64,000 bases of DNA, from assembly GCA_951406725.2 (NCBI GenBank), contig OX597823.1, positions 3,596,001 to 3,660,000 on the forward strand, in the 5' to 3' direction. Position 1 is the stretch's first letter; every line of letters begins with the position of its first letter. Positions 11,666 through 25,142 of this stretch are shown one piece after another. Both the position numbers and the translations under genes were made by a program. This DNA comes from Octopus vulgaris. Its lineage: Eukaryota. The notes beneath the pieces were generated by a model. The model was given only the letters and a program-made list of their open reading frames with translations. It had not been told where the DNA came from and ran no database searches.

Positions 11666-12375
11666 CTCCTTTAGGAATCATGAATCCACAGACGTAACGT
11701 CTCTCAAAGGACATCCTTCTATCCAGGACCTAAGAGTTTCCTGTTGGTGACAATGAAAAATTCCATCTCTCTCTCTCTCTTTCCCACTCCCTTCAGCTCT
11801 CCCTCTCTCCCACTCCCTTCAGCTTTCTCTCTCTCTCTCACTTCTTTCAGCCAACTCATCCTAGATTTGTTGATGCTTAAAGACAAGAGCATTGAAGTGG
11901 TGCCTTTGCCTCCTCACATTGACACAGGCACTTAAAAACCATTAGCAAATGGAAGTCATGTCAGTATTACACCCCAGCCCCCATCACGTGCGTGTGTACG
12001 ATGGTTGTCCGCTTGTTGGACACGTGTGACCATCAGTGACCAATACAGTTTATTTTCCAAAGAGTATATTTATCTTGAAGTGATTTTTGGGTCTTAATAT
12101 CTTGCAGTTTTCACAGCAAACCTGACACGCTCTATTTGCCTTGGGTTTATTTTGCATCATCATCATTATTGTCATTTAACTCCCACTTTTCCATGCTTGA
12201 TGGAATTCGTCATGGCAATTCTCTAGGGTTTGACACCCTTTTGTCAACCCACACTTGTTTTCATAGCTAGACATGTTCTCATGGAATATTGGTAACATTC
12301 TTCATAGGATGGTGACAGTTATCTACAACTATCACGTGAAAATGAAACAAGGAGGCACTAACACACCTACCAACC

Positions 12376-12538
12376 CACACGACAGGCTTCTTCCAGTCTC
12401 CATCTACCAAATCTACTCATGAGGCTTTGGTCAGCCCGGTGATATAGTAAAAAACACTTGTTGAAGGTGTCATGCAGCGAAACTGAACCTGAAACCATGA
12501 GGTTGGGAAGTAAACTTCTTAACCACACAGCCACACCT
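12376..12538 (-). mobile_element. tRNA-derived SINE family B, 5' half
   Basis: Minus strand gtggctgtgtggttaagaag..ggttcagtttcgctgca..aagtgtttt, shared with many copies. Confidence 0.75.
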
Positions 12539-13011
12539 GTTCTGAACTTCAGAAGGACGAGTGAGAACTGATGCACTCTCACATCATCATCATCATCATT
12601 TAACATCCATCTTCCATGCTGGCATGGGTTGGATGGTTTGACAGGAGCTGGCAAACCTGAGAGCTGCATTAGGTTCCGATTGTCTGTTTTGGTAAGGCTT
12701 CTGTGGCTGGACGCTTTCCCTAGCACCAACCACTTTACCGTGCACTGGGTGCTTCTTATGTGGTACCAGTACCAGTATTTTTTTACATGGCACCATCACC
12801 AGTGGTCACCATATTCTATTAGAAAGACTCAACTTATGTATATTGATCATAATGAAACTCTACACTTGGACTCATGGCATGGCATCTTTTTCGCTCAAAA
12901 GACCAATTATGAAAACAAATGCTGTGAACGCAGACATCCATTAAACCACACTCATTTCCTTGCGACATCTGATCTTCCACAGTCTTTTACCCATGTCTCA
13001 CTACCTTTTTT

Positions 13012-13238
13012 TTTTTACTGCCCACAAGGGGCTAAACACAGAGAGGACAAACAAGGACAGACAAACGGATTAAGTCGATTATATCGACCCCAGTGCATAA
13101 CTGGTACTTATTTAATCGACCCCGAAAGGATGAAAGGCAAAGTCGACCTCGGCGGAATTTGAACTCAGAACGTATCGGCAGACGAAATACGGCTTCGCAT
13201 TTCACCCGGCGTGCTAAGGTTTCTGCCAGCTCACTACC
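13012..13238 (-). mobile_element. Family A SINE (full length)
   Basis: Reverse complement closely matches 820-1047. Confidence 0.85.
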
Positions 13239-14119
13239 ATTTAGCAAAACAAATTTTATACATGCTTTATACAGCTGGTACACTGAGATAAAAATAAACC
13301 CCTTGGTTTCCAAATGTAAATACGAACCCCTTTAAATTTCCACCCTTGTCTTATACAAGAAACTAAGCCTTCACTAAAACCATTCATAACATAAATTAGA
13401 TCAGGTTGGTGACAGAAACTATTGACTATGTTTTGGTAAGTTATCTGAGAAGTTCATCTACTTAATTTAATGGGTGCCCTTTACAGTTAACTATTCCCAT
13501 CTAAAGCATCTGAAGACCTCCTTACACACAGTCTGACATCTGACATTGCCACGTGTGTGTGTGTGTGTGTGTGTGTGTATGAAGAGAGAGAGAAAGCGAA
13601 CAGACTAAAAGCTTGTAAAAAAAAAATGTAATGACTGTTAGCCTATGCCACATTTTCAGTATTTAGATAACAAAACCATAAATGAAACAAAATCTATGAC
13701 ACAGATTAAACCAGAAAGAACAACTTATTTTGTGATTATTTTAAACAAAAACCAGCTAAAGGGTAAACATAGCTTAGTTTAATTATCCCCCTGTATCAAG
13801 GGCAGTCAGAGCCACTGTTTTGTCGTATGATCTCTTTTAGTCCTCTGCCTCTACAAAGGATTCTGTCCTTCTTCTCGAGCTGATCCTCTGGTTGTAGGTG
13901 ACCATTTATTACTTCTTGAAAGTATTCCATGCTGGCACTGCAGCCACCAAATTCAAGTTTGGTGACTGCAGGCCCCAACATAGACGACCTTCAAAAGGTA
14001 TTAAATAACCATCTGACTCTACTCAGTACCAACCAAATCTACAGAGTTGACACCATTGAAACCTATTCCAAAGACCTGCCTCGCCTCCAACATACTCCAG
14101 CTTTAATTCCATGACCCAG

Positions 14120-14280
14120 ATGCATGCCTTGTGGTTAGGGTGTTCAGCTCGTAATTATAAAGTTATGAGTTCAATTCCCAGACCAGACGGAGCATTGTGT
14201 CTTTCAGCAAGACACTTCATTTTATGTAGCTTCAGTCTATTCAGCTCAAAATGAGTAACGAATACCATTTGGGTGCTGAG
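14120..14280 (+). mobile_element. tRNA-derived SINE family C
   Basis: gtggttagggtgtt..gagttcaattcc..ttgtgtctttcagcaagacactt; related copies near 4230-4545 and 29313-29570. Confidence 0.6.
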
Positions 14281-15593
14281 GCATTTCTCTCTCTCTCTCT
14301 CTCCAGGTGTCACATCCAATATATGCTGCTGAGTCAAAGAGAGAGAGAGAGTTAAGAAGGGGTCTGTGTCTATTCACAACTACAGAGACACCTAAAAACC
14401 ATGAGTGACAACATTGTACAGGTTATACCAAACCATATTCATTCACGGAAACCTTCTCCTAAATACTTTCATACGATTTCTATCTCAGAACACACACACA
14501 CACACACTCTCGTCTCTCCCCCCCTCTGGTTATTCCCTGCAGCCAACTACTACTTTTCTGCAATTCAAACCAAATTTTCACACTGATGTGCTCTGAATTC
14601 CAATCATTTGGCATGAAAAGAAAATGCCAAGCTGCCCTTAAAATGTTACTTAGTTTTCACATTTTCAAATGAAAATGTCATGTAGGGCCCTTAAAATGCT
14701 AGCAGACGCTTTCAACCAGCCAACTAAACAGGTTCACTATGACTGGAGATTGTTGATATGAAGAGTAAGGTGAAATAGAAGCGAATAAAAGCAGTGCCGT
14801 AGATTGGGGAGAGTCGGCAGCTGACCTCAACTGCAATGCATTCATTCGCTCGTCTTCTGCCTTAAACACTATGGACTTGCTAACTAACCCACTGGCCTTC
14901 TTCCCCAGACAGATTGGTAATCATTCAGGCTGCTCTTTTATCACTACACAACAACAATAACAGAACGGAGTGTGAGAGGTCAATTTGCCATTTCAGACGA
15001 TCTCCTTCCAGGTTTAATACGTAATAATGTGTCGATAGAGTCGATGACCAGGGCCGGCAGCAATAAAATACAAACACTGTGTAGAAATCAATGTCTCTTC
15101 AATGTGAATAACCACTTGCTACGGTGTATGTAGGGGGTGGTAGGGTGTCGTCGTTAAAGCATATAATGCAGGTTATGTGATTGTTATTTAACCCCAGGTC
15201 GAAGTAGATCGAGCAGGCCTATGATTAAAAGCAATCTAGCTGTGAGCAAACCATCTTTTTTTCTTATGCACGGGGAACCCAACACGGAGACAATAGGACA
15301 AAATTTATATTTTTATAAGGGTAGGATGTGATTTGAAGGGAGATTTATAACAGCTATTTCTTGACGGTCGGGCAATCACGAAGACACTCCTTCCTTAGCT
15401 CATGCTAGGTAACCTAGGGGTGGATTTAGTATATGTAATTACATGCATGAAACGCAGAAAGATGTCGGGTACATATTTGCTGTTTTATCCCTTTCTGCAA
15501 TGTTTTAAATGATATACACACACACACACTCACACTCTCTCTCTCGCTATATATATGTGTATATATATATACATACATACACTCTCTCTATTG

Positions 15594-15638
<45 letters not shown>

Positions 15639-15729
15639 CACACTCTCTCTCTCTCTTGCTATATATATGTATGTATATATATATACACACATACACACAA
15701 ATTGATTTACACAGTTTATTCGGTAAATG

Positions 15730-15771
<42 letters not shown>

Positions 15772-16333
15772 CTCAGTATATGCATGTTTCAGAACGAAAT
15801 GTTAGACGAGTATAGAGTGGTAATTAGAAAAAGAGGGGACAAAGGAACAAACGATGATCATGTGCCCAGTAGAGAGCTGGCGAAACAATAATTCGAATGG
15901 GACTCAATATGCGTATTACGTAGTATATATAAAAATGTTTCTTCTAAGAATGTAGAATAGATGTTGCTTAGAGGTAAAAGCTAATCTTCACACACACACA
16001 CACGCTACCACAGAGTAGCTATACTCCCTGATTGAATACTCAACGGTTCGCATCCCGTCCCCGTGCAGTGATGTTCTTAGCAAAGAGACACCCAGCGCCG
16101 TGACATAACCACCCAGGTACCGCTTAAAAGTACATCTTACTGACGATAACAACAAACACAACAGTTACAAGTAACTAATGCCGGGGGTCCATCTTCTTAA
16201 TCAGCAACCAGACAGGGGATATATATTAAGTAATAACGGTCACATCATCAAAACCTGGGGAAGGGGAGCGACAGAATGATGGTTTATTTGAACTTAAATG
16301 GCATAGATTTACCAGTATGATGATACGTATTCT

Positions 16334-16855
16334 GGCATAACTACAGATTGATGCCCCACCGACTTTCCCCGTAACTTTTTTTTAAATATGTATATTTTTC
16401 AATGAAATTTTGCCGAGATACGTCTTCGAAGGCGTAGATTACAATTACACTAGTGAAATTTTGAGACCCCCACCCACAAATACGAACTTTTAGGAGGAAC
16501 TTTAGATCGTTTTCCATCCTCCCGTCTAGATTATGTTATCACCAATTTCCGTAATTTCAGCATTTTACACTCTTTTTCCAGAAATCTAGTTTTGATACAT
16601 CAACATTACATAATCTAGCTTCTCGTAAACGTATTTCTACACAATGTCATTTAAAATAGGAATTTTCAAGAGAGTTATGAAGAAACAAAGGTGGGGAGAT
16701 GTGAGAATGATTCGAAACTCATAATGTCTTTTCTTTTCTTTAATGTTATCAATATAACAATAACCTACACGCTCAGAAAAATGTCTCTGCGAAATTTTAG
16801 TCATACGCATGTATTTTTCACAAAATCTCGGGGGCACTAATGTGTAATTATGCCC
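16334..16855. mobile_element. MITE-like element with about 24-bp imperfect TIRs
   Basis: ggcataactacagattgatgcccc versus reverse complement of the right end ggcataattacacattagtgcccc; TSD not convincing. Confidence 0.5.
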
Positions 16856-18639
16856 TTATATTTTTCTATAATTAATTTGAAGATTTTTAGGGAAAAAATT
16901 CTGTAAATATAAACTAATAATCTTTCATTTTATTTATTTATTTTAGATTTTTTTTCACGTTGATATCTTTTTTTGACAATAAAATTCATATTTTACGAAT
17001 ACAATTCTTTTCATTCTCCTCAGTAAATCTGTTTCCTTTTGAAATATCTAATATCATATTTTAACAATAAACCTTATTTGATACATTTTAAAAATTATTT
17101 TTAAAAGACAACTTATATTAATAATATTTTCATCATAGAATATTATCATAAAATTAAAAGCATTTTAAAAGCTTTTATTAATTATTAAATTCGCAAATTT
17201 AACCCTAATGAACTACTCCAAATTTTAAATGCTTTTAGAATAAACAATATTTCAAAATGATTTCAATTCATTTTCTTTTTATATAAGTCTGATAATTAAG
17301 AAATGTTTCCTTAAGCATTAGAAGTTATTTTATTGATAATTTCGATAAGAAATCGTAAAGTTGTGTTCATTTCGACAGAATAATAATAATATTGATTATG
17401 TGGCCAGATTTATTACACTATCTTCGTAAAAGTATTACATACTCGATATATATATATATATGCCATTAGAAAAAAATATATATATATATATTCATTGAGA
17501 ATGATTTGAACCCCTGTTATGCCGGAATTTTTATTCCCTAACAAATAAAAATAAATATATATATATATATACTATGTACATACACTGTGTATACATAGGT
17601 TATATAGATATACATATATGCATACACATAGCTATATAGATTATATATATTCATATATATAAACAAATATGTCCACACACATATATATGTATATATAAAG
17701 CATATATAAATATGTCTACACACACACACACATATATATACATAAACACTATATATATACATGTATGTATGTATATAAACACACACATACAATATATATA
17801 TGGTGTGCAAGTGTGTAGAGCAACAGTTGTAAAGATGAACGTCAATGAAATCACAAGATTAAACACGAGGAATGCAGAAAAAAAGCTGAAAATAATATTT
17901 AATACTTACAAATGTGTGTAAGCCGAAACAAATGGGAAACTTATGAATCCAGACAAGATTTCTTCCGGAGTGCAAATGTCGTGTGAGGACAGCAAAGATG
18001 TAAGATGCTCTCCCACTGGGTAGGGACCACGACAAAAAAACGGCCAATTTGCTATTTAAAAAAATAACCAGGGAAGAGAAAAGGAGCAGACGAAGGGGAT
18101 GATGATGGTTCGTCCATAACAAGCAAAACTGTCCAAATGCAGTGACAATTGCGTCTGTTACAAAGTAGGGACACTAATATAGATGACTGTATGTGTATAA
18201 CATTGACAGGTAAGGGCTGGTTGTTAGAAGATATATGGGGACAGAGAGAGAGAGAGAGATAAGGAGACAAGGTGCTCCTTGCCAACCCCGTTAACAACTG
18301 CTACTGTTGCTGATGGGAGAGGGAAAGAGGGTGTGTTAGAGAGAAGTAGGGGGGCGGTGATGACAGCTGGTTGATTATAAAAGAGTTTGATGGTCGGTGG
18401 ACGTTAGATTAAATACACTATATTATATTATCCATGTGAAGTTGGTAAGATTATACCATGGTGAGCTGGCGCGCCTAAGTGTGTGTGTGTTAGCATGTAC
18501 CGACGTGTGTGTCACGTATCTATGCGTGTGTGTATGTATGTATATATATATCTATCTAGCTATACACATAGATATATATGTATAGTGGGTGGGAGAGGAG
18601 AGCTCGGTGGTGTAGAAATTCCAGCTGGAAAGCCGAAAT

Positions 18640-18830
18640 GGAGCCTGTTTGGGAAGCGGTGAGGAGGTTGGTGACGGCGTCCAGCTAATGCAGTGCTACT
18701 AACTTAGCAGACATCAATGCATCGACGTCAGCACAAGGTCACTGCGCATGCGTACCACTCACGCCGCCGACTGACGACGGTTGCAGCCGTAGTAGTAGTA
18801 GTGGAGGCAGCCGTCAGTTCGTTTTTCGTC
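18640..18830. promoter_or_regulatory. CpG-rich promoter-like segment
   Basis: Non-repetitive, CpG-dense; CRE-like gacgtca, nuclear-receptor-type caaggtca and NRF1-type tgcgcatgcg motifs within about 30 bp (18724-18752). Confidence 0.5.
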
Positions 18831-19005
18831 TGTTCTGTTATTCTTATATTCTTTTGACTTGTTTCAAGTTATTGGACTGCGGCCATGCTGGGGCCCCGCT
18901 TTGAAGAGGTGGGGATAACGATAGTTTTGAAGGCGAAGCAAGGAGTTTAGCGGGTGAAACAATGGACATTAACAGAAGAGATAGAAAAGTGTGTAGAGAA
19001 AAATT

Positions 19006-19706
19006 GGATCTTTTCCTTTTGAACGGCAGTTTTCAACACAATTTCTAGTTAACTAAACTCTTTTAAACTTCGTATACTGGTAGAATGTGTTTATAAAACA
19101 TCATTTTCTCTTGGCTTTATTGAGAAAATTCTATAGTTTGTAAGATTTTAAGAAACAGATTGGGTTTATTTACATTTGTGAAGAAAAAAGATACCCTTCC
19201 CCCACCCCTAACCCTAACCCTAAATCTAAAATAGATTGAAATGCAATAGATCGATACTAGGGCCATAATTATGGGTGACATTTTCATTTGACACCGCTAG
19301 AAAAAAATCCCATTTTCTGTAGCGGTGTCGTATGAAATTGTCACCCATAATTATAACCCTAGTATCGATCTATTGCATTTCAATCTGTTTTAGGATTAGG
19401 TTAGGTTAGGGGTGGGGGAAGGGTATCTTTTTTTCTTCGCAAATGTAAATAAACCCAATCTGTTTCTTAAACGAGGGACATATTCATACAGCATGGAATG
19501 TTTTCACCCCAAATGGACTCCAGCGATTGGTTAAAATTGCCGAAATGCTTGATTTTAAAGTGGAAATATCTTACAAACTATAGAATTTTCTCAATAAAGC
19601 CAAGAGAAAATGATGTTTTATAAACACATTCTACCAGTATACGAAGTTTAAAAGTGTTTAGTTAACTAGAAATTGTTACAAAGTGCCGTTCAAAAGGAAA
19701 AGATCC
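19006..19706. mobile_element. Foldback MITE (Merlin- or MULE-like) with about 290-bp TIRs
   Basis: GGATCTTTTCC..GGAAAAGATCC termini; perfect 8-bp TSD gaaaaatt (18998-19005 / 19707-19714); arms nearly fully complementary except about 95 bp present only in the right arm. Confidence 0.9.
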
Positions 19707-19867
19707 GAAAAATTTTAGAAAAAAACAAAAACAAATTGTCGTTTTCGATGATGAATTTTCCAGGTGTTGTATATGAAATCTCTCATCAGATTTCAGTCTA
19801 AGTGGTTAAGTATATCACAGACACGTGTATTCTTTATGTAGAGGTTTTCAATTTTTTTTTATTTTAA

Positions 19868-20545
19868 TGAAGTGGTGAAGCACGACCTTTGAACATTAGG
19901 CCTCACAGAGGCAATGACTAATGACCGAGACCTTTGGAAATATGCTGTGCTTGAGAAGACCTGGCAAGCCAAGTGAGACCATAACCTGTGGCCTATGCCA
20001 GTGGTGTTACCAGCTCACTTATGCGTACCTTTCCTTCTTTGGACACTAAACTCTGCTTGTGAAGATCTGTTGAGGCAAGTGAAATCTAAATCAAATTTGA
20101 TGACTGGCATCCGTGCTAGTGGAGCGCTAAGAGCACCATCCGAGCGTGATCGTTGCCAGAGCAGCTAACTGGCTTCCGTGTTGGTGGCATGTAAAAAGCA
20201 CCATTCGAACATGATTGTTACCAGTGTCGCCTTACTGGCACGTGAAGAAACATTCGAGCGAGGTCATTGCCAGTGCCGCTTGACTGGCTTCTGTGCAGGT
20301 GGCACGTAAAAAACACCATTTGAGCGTGGCCGTTACCAGTTCCGCATGACTGGTTCTTGTGCCGGTGGCACGTAAAAGCACCCACTACACTCTCAGAGTG
20401 GTTGGCATTAGGAAGGGCATCCAGCTGTAGAAACTCTGCCAGATCAGATTGGAGCCTGGTGCAAGCCATCTGGCTCGCCAGTCCTCAGTCAAATCATCCA
20501 ACCCATGCTAGCATGGAAAACGGACGTTAAATGATGATGATGATC
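19868..20545 (+). mobile_element. RTE LINE 3' end (C-terminal codons plus 3' UTR)
   Basis: Translates EVVKHDL*TLGLTEAMTNDRDLWKYAVLEKT; UTR with tandem tggcacgtaaaaagcacc modules and (gat)n tail. Confidence 0.85.
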
Positions 20546-20644
20546 CATTGGCAATCAAATGAAATATCACTGATGTACTTGGTATGAAAAGATATATAAA
20601 ACACCAACAAACTAGTTTTAATGTTCAAAATTTTACAGAAAAGC

Positions 20645-20880
20645 ATCATCACCATCATTTAACGTCTGTTTTCCATGCTGGCATGGGTTGGATGGTTTGA
20701 CAGGAGCTGGCATGCTGGAAGGCTGCATCAGGCCCCAGTCAACTGTTTTGACATGGTTTCTGTGGCTGGATGCCCTTTCTAATGCCAACCACTTTACAGA
20801 GTGTACTCGGTGCTCTTTATGTGGCACCAGCACTGAGGATTTTTGCATGGTGCCTACACAGGTGCTTTTTACATGTTGCC
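20645..20880 (-). mobile_element. RTE 3'-UTR-derived short repeat
   Basis: catttaacgtctgttttccatgctggcatgggttggatgg..gctggatgcccttt, same family tail. Confidence 0.75.
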
Positions 20881-21507
20881 AGCCCCTTTTGTTACCATAT
20901 TTCTGGTGACATACACTGCCCTTCTTTCACTCACTTTTGGAAATTATGAAGAATTTAATAAAAGAATATTGTATTATTTAGTTGGATGTTTGTAATAATT
21001 TTTAATTTTGATGGATTTTATATTTAATTACTTTAAATCAAGAAGTTTGTATCATAGAAGTAAGAGCAGTCTCAGGGAGGTTGATATCAAACAGGATTGT
21101 GCATAACAAAACTATGATTAGTTCTAACACGTTTTTCAAGATACTTAGACATTAATAAAGATTTCCTGAAGCCTTAAATTATACATTTAAAAATGTGAAG
21201 CGGGCCTCAATACTGCTTATGATATCAATATGCCCAAAGTTCAAGAGTCACTGACTTAGGCTGGATTAGCATGAGATGATATGCAACAAGGCTGGTCCTT
21301 TCAATTACAGATATAATCCATCAGAAGGTTTTCATATAGCTTCAATCTTGTTTCACTCAAAGGACTTAGGGCCATCTGAGGCTTTGGTGGAAGACATCTT
21401 GCCAAGGGTCCACACAACGGATTTGAACTCAAGACCTTATGGTTATGAATTGAACATTTCAATCATTCAGGCATACTTACAGAAAGACATGCATAGGCAT
21501 AAACATA

Positions 21508-22229
21508 CTCCTGCAACTCAACTTGATTTCGAGCCGGGTCGTCTGCTGCTGGAGAGGACCGATCAGGTAAAGGACCTGGGTATCTTGGTGGATTCCTCCT
21601 TTTCGCCTTCGGCCCAGTGCGTCCATGCTGCCAACAAAGCACGCGGAATTCTGTTCTTGATTCGACGGTCATTCGGAATGCTCACAGCAGCCATATTCCT
21701 ACCACTCTATGTCACGCTGGTGAGACCCATATTGGAGTACGGGATTCAAGCCTCTTCTCCTTATCTCCTCAAAGACATACAGCATCTCGAAAGAGTCCAG
21801 AAGCTGGCTACCCGCATGGTTCATGGTCTCAAAAATTTGTCCTATGAAGAAAGGCTGAGGACGCTCGACCTTTATTCTCTTGAAAAACGCCGCCGCCGTG
21901 GTGATCTCATTCTCGCCCACAACATCATAAGCGGGAAGTGTAACCTCTCGAAAGAGCTGTTCTTCACTCCTGCTCCGGAGCGTCGGCTGCGGGGTCATTC
22001 CGAAAAGCTCTACCTGCAACGATTTCATCTCAATCGAAGAAGAGGAGCTTTCCGTCCGGTTTGCGGATCCGTGGAACAAGCTGCCAGACGAGATGGTGAA
22101 GATGGCCGACGACCGCTTTGTTTTCAAAGCCTCCCTGGACCTCAAGTGGCCTAAACTCTTTATGAACACCACCCTGTACTTAACTCCATGTCCCCCTACA
22201 TGGCCTTGCTATTTGCTTTTGAGCCAAAT

Positions 22230-22261
<32 letters not shown>
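21508..22261 (+). mobile_element. Young 5'-truncated CR1-clade LINE, ORF2 C-terminus with (TAAC)n tail
   Basis: ORF 21276-22154 includes VKDLGILVD..LYVTLVRPILEY..LERVQKLATRMV..LSYEERLRTLDLYSLEKRRRRGDLI..RLRGH; CpGs intact; (TAAC)n at about 22229-22261. The ORF N-terminus before about 21508 is unrelated flank. Confidence 0.92.
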
Positions 22262-22439
22262 ATGAGTATGTGTGTGCATATCTATCTATCTATGTCTGTC
22301 TGTCTGTCTATCTATCTGTATACACACACATACACATATATAGCACATTTACATTTACACACATACACATTTACACACATACACATATATACACATATAC
22401 ATATATATATTTGTGTATATATACATATGTGTATCTCTC

Positions 22440-23400
22440 TTAGCTCTTCAGGTCCTCCACTGCTGTCAGCACAGTGGGCAATAAGCCTCTCAATTGCTTG
22501 CTTTTCCTCTTAGCTTCACTCAGGTTGATTCCCATCATCATCATGTCATCCTGGAGGAATTCAACCATGTTTTTGAGAAATGTACCTCACTCCTTTATTG
22601 ATCCAGTGGCTAAAGATTTCATCTTGTCTGAGATTGAACCACGTCCAGTACTTCGGCCCTTACTCTTCTACCGTTTTCAACGTGGCAGGGCCCCCTCCTT
22701 TCAGAGGTGTTTTCAGCTCTGGTCTTGAGTGCGTTTCTTCCTTTCTCCTTTTTTATTGTGCCACATCTGTCATGGCCTGCATTATATCTCTGTCAGAGCT
22801 TAGTAATGCCAAATCATCTATGAAATCCAAAAACTGCTGTTTAGTCTTCACATCCTGCAAAAACTTCCCATGCCAGCTCTTCTTATCACTTCTTTGTTTC
22901 TCACTCTGTAAAAAAAGCCCAGGATTGAATGGAGGCAGCATTGATGGGACACTCCCAGCATTTAAAAGATCTTCTTCCAGATTTCACAGACGTAGATAAT
23001 TGTTAATAAAACAACACATGAGAGTGGTTGCAGCTTTATCTTCTTACCGATCCTCTTCAGTCTCCATATTAAATAAAGGCTTTAGAAAACTGATTCTGTT
23101 TTACCTATCCTGGTCTTGACTTCAAATTCTGCATCACCCTCATTGGAAATATGGCTTTTGAGAAATGTAAACTTATTGATTGCCTGCTAGGTTCTCATCT
23201 TGTACTGAGATTGACAAGTTGTACTTGGCTTCCACCAATTGGCATGGCTTGTGGGTTTTTTCAGTGCTAATCTACAACCCTGCTTTTGCCCTCAAAAGCT
23301 ACCTGTCATGGCCTGCAGGCATATATCTCTAATACATGTCAGAGCTTAGTAATGCCAAATCATCTATGAAATCCAAATCCATCAGTTTTTCCAGTCCTCA
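22440..23400 (-). mobile_element. Degenerate, scrambled RTE-X-like LINE fragment
   Basis: LDFIDDLALLS RT-like motif occurs twice (about 22800 and 23350); intervening pieces are fragmentary. Confidence 0.55.
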
Positions 23401-24396
23401 TATAATTTGTAGAATTGGTGCTGTTTGGGTTGGACGGTTTGACCAGAGCTGAAGAGCTGCACCAGGTTCCAGTGTGATTTAGTTTGGTTTCTATGGCTGG
23501 AGGCCCTTCCTAATGCCAGCCACTCTACAGTGTGTGCTGGGTGCTTTTAATGTGGCACCAGCACAACCGCTTTTATGTGGCACCAACATGTGTGCTTTTT
23601 ATGTGGCACTGACACATGACTCATGTAGGCCTGATAGACTCTCAAGACATTCCAGAATCTATCTTTGTGAACACTGTCAAATGCTTTACAGTAATGATTG
23701 ATGAAATTAATCTAGTGGTTGCCTGCTAGGTTCTCATCTTATTTGAAGGGCTCAGCATTCTGAGGTCATCTTTGCAGCACCAAGATCTGCCACTCCGAAG
23801 ACCTGTCTGCTTCTCAGCACAGCATCAATCTCCTTTCATCCACTCAGCAGGACACTGCAAAGAACTTTGCCAGGCACGGATAACAGCATAATATGCGCAT
23901 GCACACACATATGCACATACATCCACACATATATATATCATTATCATCATCCGTTTAATGTCCAATAGTTTTGTATTGGCTAAAAAATGTTGAGTCAGAG
24001 GTAAACACTTAAATTCACAAACAAGAGCTGAAGAGCTGCACCCCAGGTTTATGCAGTGTGATTTAGTTTGGTTTCTATGGCTGGAGGCCCTTCCTAATGC
24101 CAGCCACTTTACAGTGTGTGCTGGGTGCTTTTAATGTGGCACCAGCATAACCGCTTTTACGTGGCACCAACATGTGTGCTTTTTATGTGGCACTGACACA
24201 TGCCACTTGTAGACCAATCCTCTTCACCAGGGAATGCAGCCTTAATTCTGCTGTGGAGGGCAGGTCATCTTGAGTACAGTAAGGTATCAAGTATCTTGGT
24301 CCCTTTTCATCTTATTTGAAGGGCTCAGCATTCTGAGGTCATCTTTCAATCCTTCAGTACCTGATCCCATGTCTTCCTGGGTCTCCCTCTTCCACA

Positions 24397-25142
24397 TGTT
24401 AGCATTCATAATTATTCTGTCAAATATAATATTTATTTATTTGCATTGTTTTAAGTTAATCCTGGATTATCTCATAGCTTTGAGATTTCAATGATGCGAT
24501 TGTTTATTTTTAGAATGACAGTTTTGTAGGGTAAAATATGTGAGAGACTGGATCTGGTCAGTTTGAACATAAAACTAGTAGAATATTTGGGCCAGATATG
24601 GTCCATCTAAATTCTAAAGATTAAATATATTTCTCATTATTTGAAGTCCAAAAGCACTTTGTAAGTCTTTGGTCACTGAGTTCAAGTCTTGCTGAGGTCA
24701 ACCAGAAGTTACCTGCTCATGTGGAGCTTAGGTGTTTCACTCATAAACACACACATCGCCTGGGCTGAGATTCGAGCCCATGATCCCTCAACCATGAGTC
24801 CATTGCTCTAACCACTAGGCCATGTGCCTCCACGATCAACTTGTTAGCATTCATAATTATTCTGTCAAATATAATATTTATTTATTTGCATTGTTTTAAG
24901 TTAATCCTGGATTATCTCATAGCTTTGAGATTTCAATGATGCGATTGTTTATTTTTAGAATGACAGTGTAGGGTAGGTGTGAGAGACTGGATCTGGTCAG
25001 TTTGAACATAAAACTAGTAGAATATTTGGGCCAGATATGGTCCATCTAAATTCTAAAGATTAAATATATTTCTCATTATTTGAAGTCCAAAAGCACTTTG
25101 TAAGTCTTTGGTCACTGAGTTCAAGTCTTGCTGAGGTCAACC
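24397..25142 (+). repeat. About 300-bp near-perfect direct duplication (24397-24702 / 24843-25142) of a piggyBac-like MITE remnant plus flank
   Basis: Both copies run tgttagcattcataattattctg..ctaaagattaa..gctgaggtcaacc. Confidence 0.85.

Noticed and set aside
13796-13981. Minus-strand ORF MEYFQEVING.. as a host exon
   Set aside because: Short, no recognisable homology and no convincing splice sites.
21276-22154. 292-aa ORF as a host gene
   Set aside because: Chance fusion of SINE-derived flank with a CR1 ORF2 C-terminus.
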